IMG/VR virus record: IMGVR_UViG_3300009678_000061
Coordinates: 5,364 to 69,363 of that record
DNA: 64,000 bases
Source of the DNA: a virus
Lineage: Duplodnaviria; Caudoviricetes
Direction: 5' to 3' (one strand)
Part shown: positions 7,599-17,444 of the stretch, one piece after another
Position numbering within the stretch: the stretch's first letter is position 1
Layout of the letters: every line of letters begins with the position of its first letter
Notes under the pieces: model-generated
What the model saw: the letters and a program-made list of their open reading frames with translations, nothing else
The model's database searches: none
What the model was told of the DNA's origin: nothing
Program-made: the position numbers and the translations under genes

Positions 7599-10205
7599 CT
7601 ACTCCTCAATAATCGTCTTGATCCGGCCCTCGCCATCCCGCTCCACGGTCCTGACAATGCGGCCCTTGGGTTCAGCCTTTGGTTGTTCAATCTGGACCTT
7701 GATCGCATCCTTGGGAATCGTGACCTGCGCGGCAGCGGCTTCGACCTCGACGCGAATCGCATCCTTGGGGAATTCCACCGTGACCGGAGCGTTGACCACC
7801 GGCGGCTTTTGATCTGCCAATGCCGACGCCAGTTCCTTGCTCGCGCTGGTGATTGCTTCCGCTACACCTGTTAGGGGTTGCATGCTTTCCTCGATGGTCT
7901 TGACGATGGCTGCCGTGTTGATGGCATTCGTGCCGGCTGCGTACACGACCGTATCGTGCAGCTCCTCCAGGAACTCCGCAGGCCGAAGGGTTTCCATCAG
8001 CCGGCCGGCCGCATCGGTGTTCTCATGCAGCTCGCGAAGAATCGCACGGGCTTCGTCGGTCGTGCGGGCGGATTCGAGCGCGGCGGAGACGGCGGCGGCG
8101 CGGGGGGTTGTATGAAGATCGATTTCTAGCAGGCTCACGTCGCCCTCAAACGGCTCTGCATCCTCCACCGATTCGATTACGTCAGCTTCCGTCGAAAGGA
8201 ACTGCGCGAGCTTTTTGGCGGTCACCTTCAGCGGTTTATGGCCTTTCTTCTGGACCGTATAGAACGTGGCCCCGGCTGAAAGGTCAACGTGAGGCTTGCC
8301 GATCTTGTAGCCACGCTCGCCCAGCAGGTCTGTCACCTGATCGATATTGAGCTTTGCCTGTTTGCTGACGAAGCGGTATTTTTTGCCTTGATAAACGCCG
8401 GTCGAACCCCTCTCGGTTCCTGCGTCGGAACGGGAATGTGCATTGACCTGGCTCTTTCCAGTTGGACACGGCCCCGGCTTCCCACCTTCACCACCGCACT
8501 CCAGAAGCGCCTCCACCTTCCCCAGCCGCTCCGCAACCGCTTCCATTGCCCGCAATGCCGCGCCATCGCTCTGAGGCGCAGGCTGCGCCGGGACGTTGGT
8601 GACTTGCGAGATATTCGCCGGCTGACCTTGCGCGGCCCCCAGCGGCGGCTCAGGCTTATCGCCATCCTTTTGGATGTTCTCAAGCTCAGCGTCGAAGTCC
8701 AACCCCGCTTCCGTGGCCGCCGTGCGCTTGCTCTTGATGCCCAAGCCAACCTCAATTGCCGACGTGCGGGCCTGCTCTTCCTTGTTGCGTGTGGCGACCT
8801 CAGGCGGCGTCACGATCACATCCACCAGCGCTTCGATCTGCTCCCAAGGCATGTCGAACCGCGCGAAGTAGCCGGAGTCGAAGGCGATGCGGATTGCTTT
8901 CCAGCACAGCGAGGAGAAACCGGGCTTCAACTCGCGCTGGTCAGACTCACGGCCCTTGACGAAGGGCGACTCGGCAACCAATGCGGACGCCAAGTTATTG
9001 TTGCTGTAGTCGCCGGAAATCATCCCTTCGGCCATTTGCCAGACGCTGCCGAGATACCTCAGCAGCGCTTGAATCACATTGATGAACGCGGGCGCGCGCT
9101 CGCTGCCCATCGGGCCAGCCAGGTACTCCTGCCCCTGGTTGATATCCAAGATCGTTCCCGGCGCGAAGTTCTGGATGTATCGCGTGCGGCTGCCGCCTTG
9201 GGGGAGATTCTGCGTCCGCGTCTCGTAAGCGTTGGTGGCCCGTAGCCCGCTGATTTGCGCAGCGGTCGCGCCTGTGGCGTGCTGCCGAATGAACGCGATA
9301 GCCGCTTGCACTGCGGTCCCGCGGCCTGTGTTGCGCAGGACTTTCTCGGCATCTTGCAGCCATGCGATTACGGGATAGAACTCGCTATATCCCCGCTTCA
9401 CACCGTAAGGCGCGTTGGCTTTGAAATGCTCCATACGCGCGGCTGGCACGTAATCCCAGTCGGCATAGGCAGCCGGGTCTGGTGCAACGTGATAACCCAA
9501 CGTGTCTCCAGGGCGGTCCTTTCTGGTGTGCACGCCCATCGCCCAGCAAGATACAAACTCCGTGTCGATGTGCAGATGTGTTTCCAGGTCATTGCTGAAG
9601 CCCTGTGGATCGCGAACGTGGTCTGGCTCGCGAATCAAGATTCTCGTCTGCCAGCCTTCCGGTTCAAGTTGCACAAAGCACTCGCCATCCGTTCGCCGGC
9701 GATCGTGGATTTCGTTTTCCAGCAAACACCCTGAGTCGCCAAACAGGGCATCGATCACGTTTTGGACGGCCCCGACTAATCCCTTAGGAGGCTCGGCATC
9801 ATTTGCCGGTTGGACCTTATAGGTGAATCCGCCGCTGATCGTATAGTTGCGCAGGTTCTTGAGGATGTTGATGCCGGCCGGGAACATCGTGGTCAGAATA
9901 CGGGCCGATCCTCGGATGAAAGCCAAGTCTTGCTCCGTCTCAAACACCGGCCGATTCTTGCCGTCTTGTCGATCGTCGGGCCGCGTCATTGGTACAGGCT
10001 GCTGTCCGTAGCTCGTTCCCCAGCCCGGCGTGTCGTGCATGAACTCGCGCGGATCGATCAGCTCGCACGCCTCCATAACGGGGACTGGCAAGTCCGCCAT
10101 CCGCTGGGCTTCCGCGAGGTACGATTCGAGCTGCATTGTTTCCAATTGCAACCGTGCGGATTCGTGGCGGGTGCGGAGGTCTTCGATGGGGAGAGTGTCG
10201 ATCAT
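7599..10205 (-). CDS. Portal protein (lambda-like family) with a long C-terminal extension
   Basis: Follows TerL. PYGVKRGYSEF and ISGDYSNNNLASAL motifs. Start moved to MIDTLP (ATGA overlap). Confidence 0.85.
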   Translation of the reverse strand: MIDTLPIEDLRTRHESARLQLETMQLESYLAEAQRMADLPVPVMEACELIDPREFMHDTPGWGTSYGQQPVPMTRPDDRQDGKNRPVFETEQDLAFIRGSARILTTMFPAGINILKNLRNYTISGGFTYKVQPANDAEPPKGLVGAVQNVIDALFGDSGCLLENEIHDRRRTDGECFVQLEPEGWQTRILIREPDHVRDPQGFSNDLETHLHIDTEFVSCWAMGVHTRKDRPGDTLGYHVAPDPAAYADWDYVPAARMEHFKANAPYGVKRGYSEFYPVIAWLQDAEKVLRNTGRGTAVQAAIAFIRQHATGATAAQISGLRATNAYETRTQNLPQGGSRTRYIQNFAPGTILDINQGQEYLAGPMGSERAPAFINVIQALLRYLGSVWQMAEGMISGDYSNNNLASALVAESPFVKGRESDQRELKPGFSSLCWKAIRIAFDSGYFARFDMPWEQIEALVDVIVTPPEVATRNKEEQARTSAIEVGLGIKSKRTAATEAGLDFDAELENIQKDGDKPEPPLGAAQGQPANISQVTNVPAQPAPQSDGAALRAMEAVAERLGKVEALLECGGEGGKPGPCPTGKSQVNAHSRSDAGTERGSTGVYQGKKYRFVSKQAKLNIDQVTDLLGERGYKIGKPHVDLSAGATFYTVQKKGHKPLKVTAKKLAQFLSTEADVIESVEDAEPFEGDVSLLEIDLHTTPRAAAVSAALESARTTDEARAILRELHENTDAAGRLMETLRPAEFLEELHDTVVYAAGTNAINTAAIVKTIEESMQPLTGVAEAITSASKELASALADQKPPVVNAPVTVEFPKDAIRVEVEAAAAQVTIPKDAIKVQIEQPKAEPKGRIVRTVERDGEGRIKTIIEE

Positions 10206-10813
10206 TTTGCCCCCAGTGGGATAAACCCTGTTCCGCTGCACAACGCGCACGGCTCGTTTGAATTCAGCCCGATGTAGCGCTTGGTGCCCTTGCAGTCTGG
10301 GCACTCGCGCACAGGTTCAAGCGGCATGTCCAGAACCGTTTTCAATCGAACTTGTGCTATGCACTCTTGATAGCGCTTCTCGTCTGCTTCAAACGCACCG
10401 CGCTCTTTAGGTCCGCCGCGCTCCGACAGTTTCAGCATCCCGTCGATGTTTGTGTTGAGCGTCAGTGGCCAGTTCTCGACGTAGACAATTTCATTGCTGG
10501 CCGTTTCTTGCGCCGGTGTTCCGTATTCTGCTGCTGTTCCGTATGCGCTCCCCTCCGCAATTGGCGGAAGGCGGGCGGCCATCATTCTGCCAAGGCGACA
10601 TTCACCCATCGCACGGGCAAAACGGATAACCGCGAAGTGCAACGCGCTCAGGTTGTCATAGTCTGCCGGGTTGATGATGACCCCCCTGGTTTCCGTCACG
10701 CCGTGGCATGAGCAGGATTTGACGACGCAATACTCTTGCGCGGTGGCAGCCTTGTTGAATGAGAACGCGGCTTGTTCTGCTAGGTTCCGAATTTGCTCCA
10801 TCGTCAGTTTCAT
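10202..10813 (-). CDS. Hypothetical protein with C-terminal DnaJ-type Zn finger
   Basis: CPDCKGT...CALCSGTG; ATGA overlaps at both ends. Confidence 0.6.
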   Translation of the reverse strand: MKLTMEQIRNLAEQAAFSFNKAATAQEYCVVKSCSCHGVTETRGVIINPADYDNLSALHFAVIRFARAMGECRLGRMMAARLPPIAEGSAYGTAAEYGTPAQETASNEIVYVENWPLTLNTNIDGMLKLSERGGPKERGAFEADEKRYQECIAQVRLKTVLDMPLEPVRECPDCKGTKRYIGLNSNEPCALCSGTGFIPLGAK

Positions 10814-12354
10814 GCCACAGCCCTTTCGCCTTGAGGTTGTTCGTGTATCCCCGCCGCCAACTCGTCCATAAACCGCATTGCACTCGGCAGGCAAATCGCC
10901 AGCGCCGTTGCCCTGTCCGCGTGGCCCGCCTCATCCCGTACCGCCGTCAGCTTCAGACCATAAGGCTTCTCGACGATCGACAGCTTGGCCAAGTCCGCCA
11001 ATAACAGCGGCTCGCGGTACAGCTCCAGGGTTTGATTGCGCGTGCAGCTCATCAGCGTACGCGCCATTTCGTCGCGGTTCTTCGGACTGCTGAACTCAAA
11101 CGACAACAGCGGGAAGCCCACTTCGCGCAATCGCTGGACCATGTAAACCGCTTCGTGCTTGTCGTAGATCATCCCCGCCAGATTGTACGTGTCGTGCGCC
11201 CTGCGGATGGCATTCTCCACCGCAGCCAGGTCCACTTCGCCCCGCGGTCCCGATGGCTTCCAGGATTCGCATAGCACGAGCCTGAGCTTTCTTTCCTGCC
11301 AATCGATCGACAGCACCACGAAGCCCGCATGGTCGTGCTTGATGCCCAGGTCCAGACCCGCCACGTATTCCAGACCCGGCGCCCGGAACCGAACCGGACC
11401 AGCCAGCTTACAGCAGGCTTCGATATCGGCCGGGTCCAACGCGTCGCCGTCGCCGGTCTGCCAGAGATTTCCCCAGAGGCGATTGAAAGCGGCCGGCGGC
11501 AGGCTCTTGCGCTGAAAGTCCAATCGCTCTTGAGTAATCCAGGTTGCCACCGGCCCCTCAGTGCGCGAGAAGTAACAGCCCTCCGACTCGCGGAAGATCT
11601 CCCGGATCCGCCATTGCCAGGATTTCCCCTTGCCCAAGCCGGCATTGGTAATCACGACCAGCATGCAATTGGCCCGCTTGGCGGATCCCGCCAGGAGCGA
11701 TTCCCACAACCCGCTTTTGACGTGGTGCGTCAACTCATCCACGACCACGAAATCCGGCAGCTTGCCGTGGCTCGTCGCCTCGTCGGCGGAGATAATCTCC
11801 AACTCGCTGCCGGTTGTTTTGTTCACGACCATGTAACGCTGAATCTCCAACCGCTCCGCAAGCCAGGTGTTTCTCCGATACAGCCCGTCAATCGCATCCC
11901 GCAGCAGCTTGGCCTGATCCTTTGACGCTGCGCCCACCACGCCCACGATCTTGCGTTGTGCGGCGAACAGCGCCCATGAAACCATTACCGCCTGATCCGT
12001 TGTCTTACTGTGCCCTTTGCCTTTCTCGATCCAAGCCCGCATGACTGAGCCCGCCCCTTGTCCGCTCACCATTTGCTTCCATCCGGGGTCCAGCGCTTCA
12101 AAGTCCTTGCGCTGCCACGGCTCGATTACGCTTTCCAAACTGCGGTCCTGTCCGTCAACGTCAATCACCAGCTTGCGCCGGAACTCCGCCGGGTCGTCAA
12201 TGAGCCTTTCCGTTTCCGTTTTGTGACCCATTAGCTGACGGAGGATGGCTTTCTGCTGGTCGGGAGTCCGCTTCGATAACCACACCTCCAACTCCGAGTC
12301 GGTCAGCAATAGCAGAAAGTCGGCTTCCTCGTTGGTCAGTAACGGCGTGCTCAT
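10810..12354 (-). CDS. Terminase large subunit
   Basis: Walker A-like KGKGHSKT, Walker B FVVVDE, nuclease GLDLG..HD and D..TALA. Start could instead be 12231. Confidence 0.92.
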   Translation of the reverse strand: MSTPLLTNEEADFLLLLTDSELEVWLSKRTPDQQKAILRQLMGHKTETERLIDDPAEFRRKLVIDVDGQDRSLESVIEPWQRKDFEALDPGWKQMVSGQGAGSVMRAWIEKGKGHSKTTDQAVMVSWALFAAQRKIVGVVGAASKDQAKLLRDAIDGLYRRNTWLAERLEIQRYMVVNKTTGSELEIISADEATSHGKLPDFVVVDELTHHVKSGLWESLLAGSAKRANCMLVVITNAGLGKGKSWQWRIREIFRESEGCYFSRTEGPVATWITQERLDFQRKSLPPAAFNRLWGNLWQTGDGDALDPADIEACCKLAGPVRFRAPGLEYVAGLDLGIKHDHAGFVVLSIDWQERKLRLVLCESWKPSGPRGEVDLAAVENAIRRAHDTYNLAGMIYDKHEAVYMVQRLREVGFPLLSFEFSSPKNRDEMARTLMSCTRNQTLELYREPLLLADLAKLSIVEKPYGLKLTAVRDEAGHADRATALAICLPSAMRFMDELAAGIHEQPQGERAVA

Positions 12355-12688
12355 GGTGGATCGTCTCGCCTTCCGCGTGATGCTCGTCCGATTGATTTTG
12401 GCTTTCCATCGCGACGGCATTCCTTACGGCAATCTGCCTGACGCGGGCATCGTTGTGACCCACATCACGGCCAACTGCATAGGCCGCACGCTGGCGAACC
12501 GATAATGCTTCCTCTGGGATTTCCTCTAGTTCGGCGAGTGTGGCATCCGTTGGCCAGCGCTGGCCGCCAAGCCAACCGCGCTTGATTGCCGTCTGAAGCA
12601 TCCGCTGATCTTGCAATACAGTCCGACCACTCTCCGTGCGTTCGGTCTTTCCCCCCGACCCCCCGGCTGTTTCAGCTTGGTCTACCAT
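12197..12688 (-). CDS. Putative terminase small subunit
   Basis: Immediately upstream of and overlapping TerL; size and helical composition. Confidence 0.55.
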   Translation of the reverse strand: MVDQAETAGGSGGKTERTESGRTVLQDQRMLQTAIKRGWLGGQRWPTDATLAELEEIPEEALSVRQRAAYAVGRDVGHNDARVRQIAVRNAVAMESQNQSDEHHAEGETIHHEHAVTDQRGSRLSAIADRLGVGGVVIEADSRPAESHPPSANGSQNGNGKAH

Positions 12689-12703
12689 AATTTTACCGCC
12701 CTC

Positions 12704-12964
12704 CTACAGTACCCCCGCCAACAACAACTCGTCCTCTTCCTCGATCTGCCGCCGCAAGGCGACCAGCTCCGGCGACTCTTGCGGCTCTTCTTCCGTCCAT
12801 TCCTTCCGCTTTCGCTTCGCTCGCACTGGCGGCCGAACATAACTCCCATCGCCCGTGAACAGCACCCCGCCGATTAGGCCGCCGCCACCGCCGGAGAAAA
12901 CAACCCCACCAGGCCAATACTCAGGCCCGAAGTAACCGCCGCCGTAATAGCCCCTGGGGAACAT
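12704..12964 (-). CDS. Small Gly/aromatic-rich virion-region protein (MFPRGYYGGGYFGPEYWP...)
   Basis: TGATG overlap with 12964..14361; acidic C-terminus. Confidence 0.6.
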   Translation of the reverse strand: MFPRGYYGGGYFGPEYWPGGVVFSGGGGGLIGGVLFTGDGSYVRPPVRAKRKRKEWTEEEPQESPELVALRRQIEEEDELLLAGVL

Positions 12965-14361
12965 CAGGTTGCATCCGTGGTGATTGCGCTGCGGTTGCCG
13001 TCTGTATCCACGTTGGCCGTGAGGCGGTTCTTGGTGTCGGCCTTGTCGCGGAAATGGACCGGCCCATCCGGGAATCCGTCGCTCTTGCCCATTAGTGCCG
13101 CGCGTGCCAACCGCAAGAACTCCTGGAGTGTCTCGGCGCCTTCGTAGGCCGCCGCCAGCATGGCCGCCGTGATTTGCGAAGTCGTGGGAATACTCAGCGC
13201 CGTGATTGCCGCAAGCGTGGCATCGTCCGCCGTGCCAAGTGCCGTAGCCAGTTCGGCATTCGTTGGCACGTCGGCAACCGCCGCCTGCGTTGTTCCGTGC
13301 TGCGTATCCTGCGCCGTGTCGAGGGCGTCCAGGGTTTGGATCGTGCCGGCTGCCGTGTTGATGCCGCCCGTTACATTGCCCACGAGGTTGCCCGTGATGT
13401 TCGCCGTTAGCGTCTCTCCTGCGGTCCCGTCGAGCATGCTCTCCCAACGGGCCGCAACAAAAAAGTCGTTGCTGACGCCTTCGACGTTGGCCCCGATGAA
13501 TGCCGATCCTCCAAAGGTATACGACGCCACTTGGGTTCCGCGAATCATCGCCAGGTCAACCCGACCATTCGGCAGGATTTCGTAGGTGACGCCCGCAGCA
13601 ACCGCCGCTGGCAGGTCAGGCGTCCAGCTAATCTGATCCGTGCCGGAGTTGAATCCATTGATGAGCCGCGTCAACCCGACGTTCGAGCCGCTGGTGAATT
13701 TGATCTGGCTTCCGACCCAGTAATCGTCTGGCGTTTCGGTTCGCTCCGTGTCAATCAGGAAATTCACGTCGCCACTGTCCGCTGTTCCGCTTGCGCAGGC
13801 ATCGGTGGATTGCATCTTGCCGTTGAGCAGCGCGGCCGGCAGGCGGCTTTGAATATCCTGCGTGTCCGTCTCGACATCCGTAGCCGTCTTGACCGTCGTG
13901 CCAGATAGATTGAGCGTGGTGGTGGGCGAGCCGACGTTGGCCCAATCGACGCCCGCTTCTCCGCCGCTGGAAACATCTAGTTTGCGGCCGGCAGTGGTGG
14001 GACGGAGCAAGTAGCCCAGCGTCAGAAAGTAAGTGAACTTGACCGTTTGGCCGTCAACCGTGACCGCGTTTAAGTGGACCCAATACTGCGAGCCGTCCGC
14101 CCAGAAGCCAGAATCGCTGTTATCGCTGGTGTCAATTGAGAAACCGTGCAAGCCCGTGGAGCCGTCGAAGTCGATGCCATCGGTGTCCAGGAGAGCATAG
14201 CCGTTGTCGCTGGCCCGTTGCGTAATGCTGCCGTTTTTGTACACCTCCAGATCCGTGACGGCCAAGTCCGTGATCGTCACGGATGCACCGGCAGAATTGT
14301 AGGTGTCGAACGGGAAATAGATCGTATCTCCCGAATTGAAAACTGGCGGCATTACAATCAT
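12964..14361 (-). CDS. Virion structural protein (fibre or baseplate-like)
   Basis: Asp/Thr/Gly-rich beta protein in the structural cluster. Confidence 0.6.
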   Translation of the reverse strand: MIVMPPVFNSGDTIYFPFDTYNSAGASVTITDLAVTDLEVYKNGSITQRASDNGYALLDTDGIDFDGSTGLHGFSIDTSDNSDSGFWADGSQYWVHLNAVTVDGQTVKFTYFLTLGYLLRPTTAGRKLDVSSGGEAGVDWANVGSPTTTLNLSGTTVKTATDVETDTQDIQSRLPAALLNGKMQSTDACASGTADSGDVNFLIDTERTETPDDYWVGSQIKFTSGSNVGLTRLINGFNSGTDQISWTPDLPAAVAAGVTYEILPNGRVDLAMIRGTQVASYTFGGSAFIGANVEGVSNDFFVAARWESMLDGTAGETLTANITGNLVGNVTGGINTAAGTIQTLDALDTAQDTQHGTTQAAVADVPTNAELATALGTADDATLAAITALSIPTTSQITAAMLAAAYEGAETLQEFLRLARAALMGKSDGFPDGPVHFRDKADTKNRLTANVDTDGNRSAITTDAT

Positions 14362-14364
14362 GGG

Positions 14365-14817
14365 CTAACCTTTGTCCACGGCTTCCAGTTCACGAGCCGC
14401 CATCGCATCTTTCAATGCCTTCTCCGCTGTGCTGAGCGCGGAGAAGTTGCGCGCCGCTTCGGCCTTGAGGCGATTGGCGCGGGCGGTCTCACTGGCCAGT
14501 TCCTTTTCTTTTGCGTTCAATGCTTGCTGCGCTTCCCCCAAGCACTTTTGTCCGAAGGCAATCTCGCGGTCGGCATTGGCCATCGCGGCTTGAAGCTCTG
14601 ACGTTTTCGCCTGCATTGCCGCATTGCCAACGGTGAGCGCCGTAATCGTCGCTCCCTGCTCCGCCAACTTCTCATCGCGGGCCTTCGCATCCGTGCGCGC
14701 CTGCACGTAGCGAGCGGCCAGTTCGACGGCTGGCGCTTTCGCGGCTGCGGAAATGAGTGTGTCCCGCTGGGCCTTCAAGTCGGCGTGCGATAGGTTTTCG
14801 ATTTCGACTAACGACAT
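14365..14817 (-). CDS. Coiled-coil protein
   Basis: Ala/Lys/Glu heptads; RBS AGGAG. Confidence 0.6.
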   Translation of the reverse strand: MSLVEIENLSHADLKAQRDTLISAAAKAPAVELAARYVQARTDAKARDEKLAEQGATITALTVGNAAMQAKTSELQAAMANADREIAFGQKCLGEAQQALNAKEKELASETARANRLKAEAARNFSALSTAEKALKDAMAARELEAVDKG

Positions 14818-14826
14818 TTGAATCTC

Positions 14827-15525
14827 CTAGCCAACAAGGGAAAGTCGTGAGAGTTTTGTGGAGTGCGTGAGTCCGCGGCCGACTGCTGCGCCGCCAGCTT
14901 CTTCTCCGTCAAACGCGAACAAGCCCGCCCGTCTTGTCCCGTAGCCTGCCGCCGTGGTCCATCCCGCCTGGTAGCTTCCCGAAGCTGATTCCACGATCTG
15001 ATAGGCGAAGTCACCGAACCCGCTCCCGCCCGTCGTGGGGATTGCCGTGAAACCACCAGTCGGACCAGCCGATACGGTCGTGGTATAGACGTTGGCAAAC
15101 GCCAACAATAGGACTGCCTGCCCAGCCGTTGGCGTAATCGATGGCGTCGTGATGTCGGGGCTTGTGGTATCGGCTTCGCTGCCGCCATCCTCAACTGAAG
15201 TCGTGGGCATCCCAGACCACTCCGTCACACTCAAATCGAATCGCGCGTAGGTATTGGACACCGTGACAGTGATCGTCGTGCCCGATCCAGAGGAATTCGG
15301 GCCGATCCACAACTCCACCTTGTCCCCGGCGGCATTCGTGCTCGTTACGACGTATTCCCAAGTCACTCCGCCGCCCGAGACTGAAGAAACAGTCGCGCCG
15401 TTAGTGCTATTGGTTAGCAATACCAGCGTATTCCCAGCACCCGGCGTGGCAATCGTGACCGTCTTGTCCGCCGATCCGCCAGAGGCGGAATACGAAAACA
15501 CCTCTTGGACCTTTGCTATTGCCAT
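14827..15525 (-). CDS. Virion-associated beta-rich protein
   Basis: Ser/Thr/Gly-rich, with an RBS; in the structural cluster. Confidence 0.55.
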   Translation of the reverse strand: MAIAKVQEVFSYSASGGSADKTVTIATPGAGNTLVLLTNSTNGATVSSVSGGGVTWEYVVTSTNAAGDKVELWIGPNSSGSGTTITVTVSNTYARFDLSVTEWSGMPTTSVEDGGSEADTTSPDITTPSITPTAGQAVLLLAFANVYTTTVSAGPTGGFTAIPTTGGSGFGDFAYQIVESASGSYQAGWTTAAGYGTRRAGLFAFDGEEAGGAAVGRGLTHSTKLSRLSLVG

Positions 15526-16088
15526 GCTGCCTCCCGGTGCCGGTAGAGGCGATGGTCAACGGTCGCTGCGGCGCGGCGCACATCGATGGGCCAACCGATA
15601 CGGGAAAGTTCCTGCGACGGATTGGCGACGATCTCGCGATAGCGCAGAACGCACACTTCCGCGCCAAGCTGTTCGAGCCTCTCAACGTCGGCGGTGACCT
15701 TTGCGGCGTAGTCGTCCAGGAACTTGAACTCGTGAGCAGACGGCGGGCCGCTCATTGTGCCGACGTAGGAGCGGCGAATCTCGTCTGGGTTGCGCGTCAC
15801 GTAAACGGCTCGATAGTTTCCAGGTGGCACGAGGTCCGGCAGATTATCCCGAATTACCTTCACGCATCGCCCGCCAGCCTTCGACCACTTGAGCTTGCGC
15901 AGGTCTGCTATCTCAAAAAAGCCGTGCGGGTTCGGGTGATAGTCTGGCAGCATCGTGGAATTGCGCACCAACGCACGGTCGCGGCATGGCGAGAACAGCG
16001 CGGGGATTCCACCCGCATCGATGGCGCGCATCATCATCGAAGTCCCGGAGCGGGGGAATCCACAAACGATGTAGACGGGTTCTGACAT
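15516..16088 (-). CDS. Sulfotransferase family protein
   Basis: N-terminal VYIVCGFPRSGTSMMM (5'-PSB PAPS-binding loop) and VTRNPDEI..S (3'-PB). Confidence 0.82.
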   Translation of the reverse strand: MSEPVYIVCGFPRSGTSMMMRAIDAGGIPALFSPCRDRALVRNSTMLPDYHPNPHGFFEIADLRKLKWSKAGGRCVKVIRDNLPDLVPPGNYRAVYVTRNPDEIRRSYVGTMSGPPSAHEFKFLDDYAAKVTADVERLEQLGAEVCVLRYREIVANPSQELSRIGWPIDVRRAAATVDHRLYRHREAAWQ

Positions 16089-16402
16089 TACTGGCCAGCG
16101 ATGCGACCGATAAACTGTTTGATCTGCAATAGTCGATTCGCCCCGGTCACTTCCGTGCTGGTATTGAGAATGTCGTTCATTTGCGTGAGCAACCCCAACA
16201 GGTCATCTCCCTGACCAGCATTCTGCATGGAGAACTGTGCTTCCAGGACTGTGTAATCTCCGGTGTCCCACTGATGGGAAGCGATTTCAGTCAAGCCAGC
16301 GATGCGATCACACAAGTCCTTGAACTGGTTGGCGGCGGCAATGGCCGCTGTGCCCAGCGAACTGCGCCCATTTTTGGTGATGGGCATATAGTCGTTAGCC
16401 AT
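16088..16402 (-). CDS. Hypothetical protein
   Basis: Coupled ORF; start MANDY follows AGGA. Confidence 0.55.
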   Translation of the reverse strand: MANDYMPITKNGRSSLGTAAIAAANQFKDLCDRIAGLTEIASHQWDTGDYTVLEAQFSMQNAGQGDDLLGLLTQMNDILNTSTEVTGANRLLQIKQFIGRIAGQ

Positions 16403-16412
16403 GAAATCCTCC

Positions 16413-16982
16413 TTATTCGATTCGTTCCCAAACAAAAACCGCGATACTCGGTTGGACGTTGCTTTGTAGGTTGCCGGAAAACGTCGGCTGGCTCACCGTG
16501 CCTTCGGGCGTAATGCTGTTCACGCCGCCTGCTGGATTCTCGGTCCCGGCTGTGATGCCAGTTGCTGAGCTTGAGGTTGAGTAGCCCGAATTGACACGAG
16601 TGTTGGTGCTGGCGTCCGGCGTGCTGCCTACGTTCGGCCCGGTCGCCGTGCTCGCTGCCCCTTGCACATGCGTATGTCCAGGGTCGGTGACCACAACGGG
16701 ATGCGTGTGGTTAATGATCTCCGTGAACGGCGTTCCAGAAAATGTCGGCTGCGATACGGTGCCGCCGGGAGTGACGGTCTTGGTGCCCGATGTTTTCTCA
16801 GCGGCGTCAAAATCCGGGTCAGCAATATCAACTCCCACCAACGCCCGGCCAACAGCAAACGCTTGCCACTTGCCGTAGCCCAGCAAGATGTACGGATTTG
16901 TCGACAGCGTGGAGAGAAAGAGGGAGCCGACCGGATACATCCGGTCCAGCAGAGCTTCGATCTGGGCGTCTGGGAATCGCAT
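16413..16982 (-). CDS. Baseplate / tail-fibre protein with T4 gp10 C-terminal-like domain
   Basis: YPVGSLFLS..NP..LLGYGKW..FAVGRALVGVD...GTKTVT and C-terminal NVQPSIAVFVWER. Confidence 0.75.
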   Translation of the reverse strand: MRFPDAQIEALLDRMYPVGSLFLSTLSTNPYILLGYGKWQAFAVGRALVGVDIADPDFDAAEKTSGTKTVTPGGTVSQPTFSGTPFTEIINHTHPVVVTDPGHTHVQGAASTATGPNVGSTPDASTNTRVNSGYSTSSSATGITAGTENPAGGVNSITPEGTVSQPTFSGNLQSNVQPSIAVFVWERIE

Positions 16983-17021
16983 GTTATCCCTGCAAAGGTT
17001 CCGTTTCGATATGCCGCCCCG

Positions 17022-17420
17022 TCACGTCGTCTCCTCGTTTGCCATCAGTGACGCTTCGCGCGGTGCTAAGCCCAACTCCAGCGTCGCGGCAACCAACCGG
17101 GCACGCATGGTCGCCAGGTCTGCCGTCTCCTGCTGCTTCTGGCTGACAGGGCTGCTGTGCTCAGGAACCACGTCCGCCACCTTGGTAAAGTGTGCTTTTC
17201 CCTCTGCCCTCAATTTTCGATTCGCCGCCTTCTCTAAGTCGTCGATTGCCTCCTCAGCCATCTCGCGATAGCTGTCCCCGCGGTCCTGCGCCGACTTGAT
17301 GTGCTGGTCTTTTGCGTCGATTAGCTTTTTGAACAGGATGCCGATCGCGCCCCACAACGCGCCCAGCAGCGTGAGGATCACGGTCAGCCCCTCGGTTGTG
17401 AATGTCACGTCTGCGAACAT
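17022..17420 (-). CDS. N-terminal single-TM membrane protein (holin or lysis candidate)
   Basis: Hydrophobic residues 10-32 followed by a coiled coil. Confidence 0.5.
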   Translation of the reverse strand: MFADVTFTTEGLTVILTLLGALWGAIGILFKKLIDAKDQHIKSAQDRGDSYREMAEEAIDDLEKAANRKLRAEGKAHFTKVADVVPEHSSPVSQKQQETADLATMRARLVAATLELGLAPREASLMANEETT

Positions 17421-17444
17421 GCGACTAGGACAACTCCAGTAGGG

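Noticed and set aside
678-9245. Long + strand ORFs such as 678-1514, 3892-4713, 4710-5501 and 8289-9245
   Set aside because: Antisense shadows of well-supported minus-strand genes in GC-rich DNA; no motifs
7599-12354. Intein or intron in the portal or terminase
   Set aside because: No C/S...HN-C/S/T splice motifs or LAGLIDADG blocks; the portal extension is terminal, not internal
12704-13447. 247-aa ORF overlapping the 465-aa structural gene
   Set aside because: Only the last 86 codons (from 12964) look protein-like; the rest is an alternate-frame shadow
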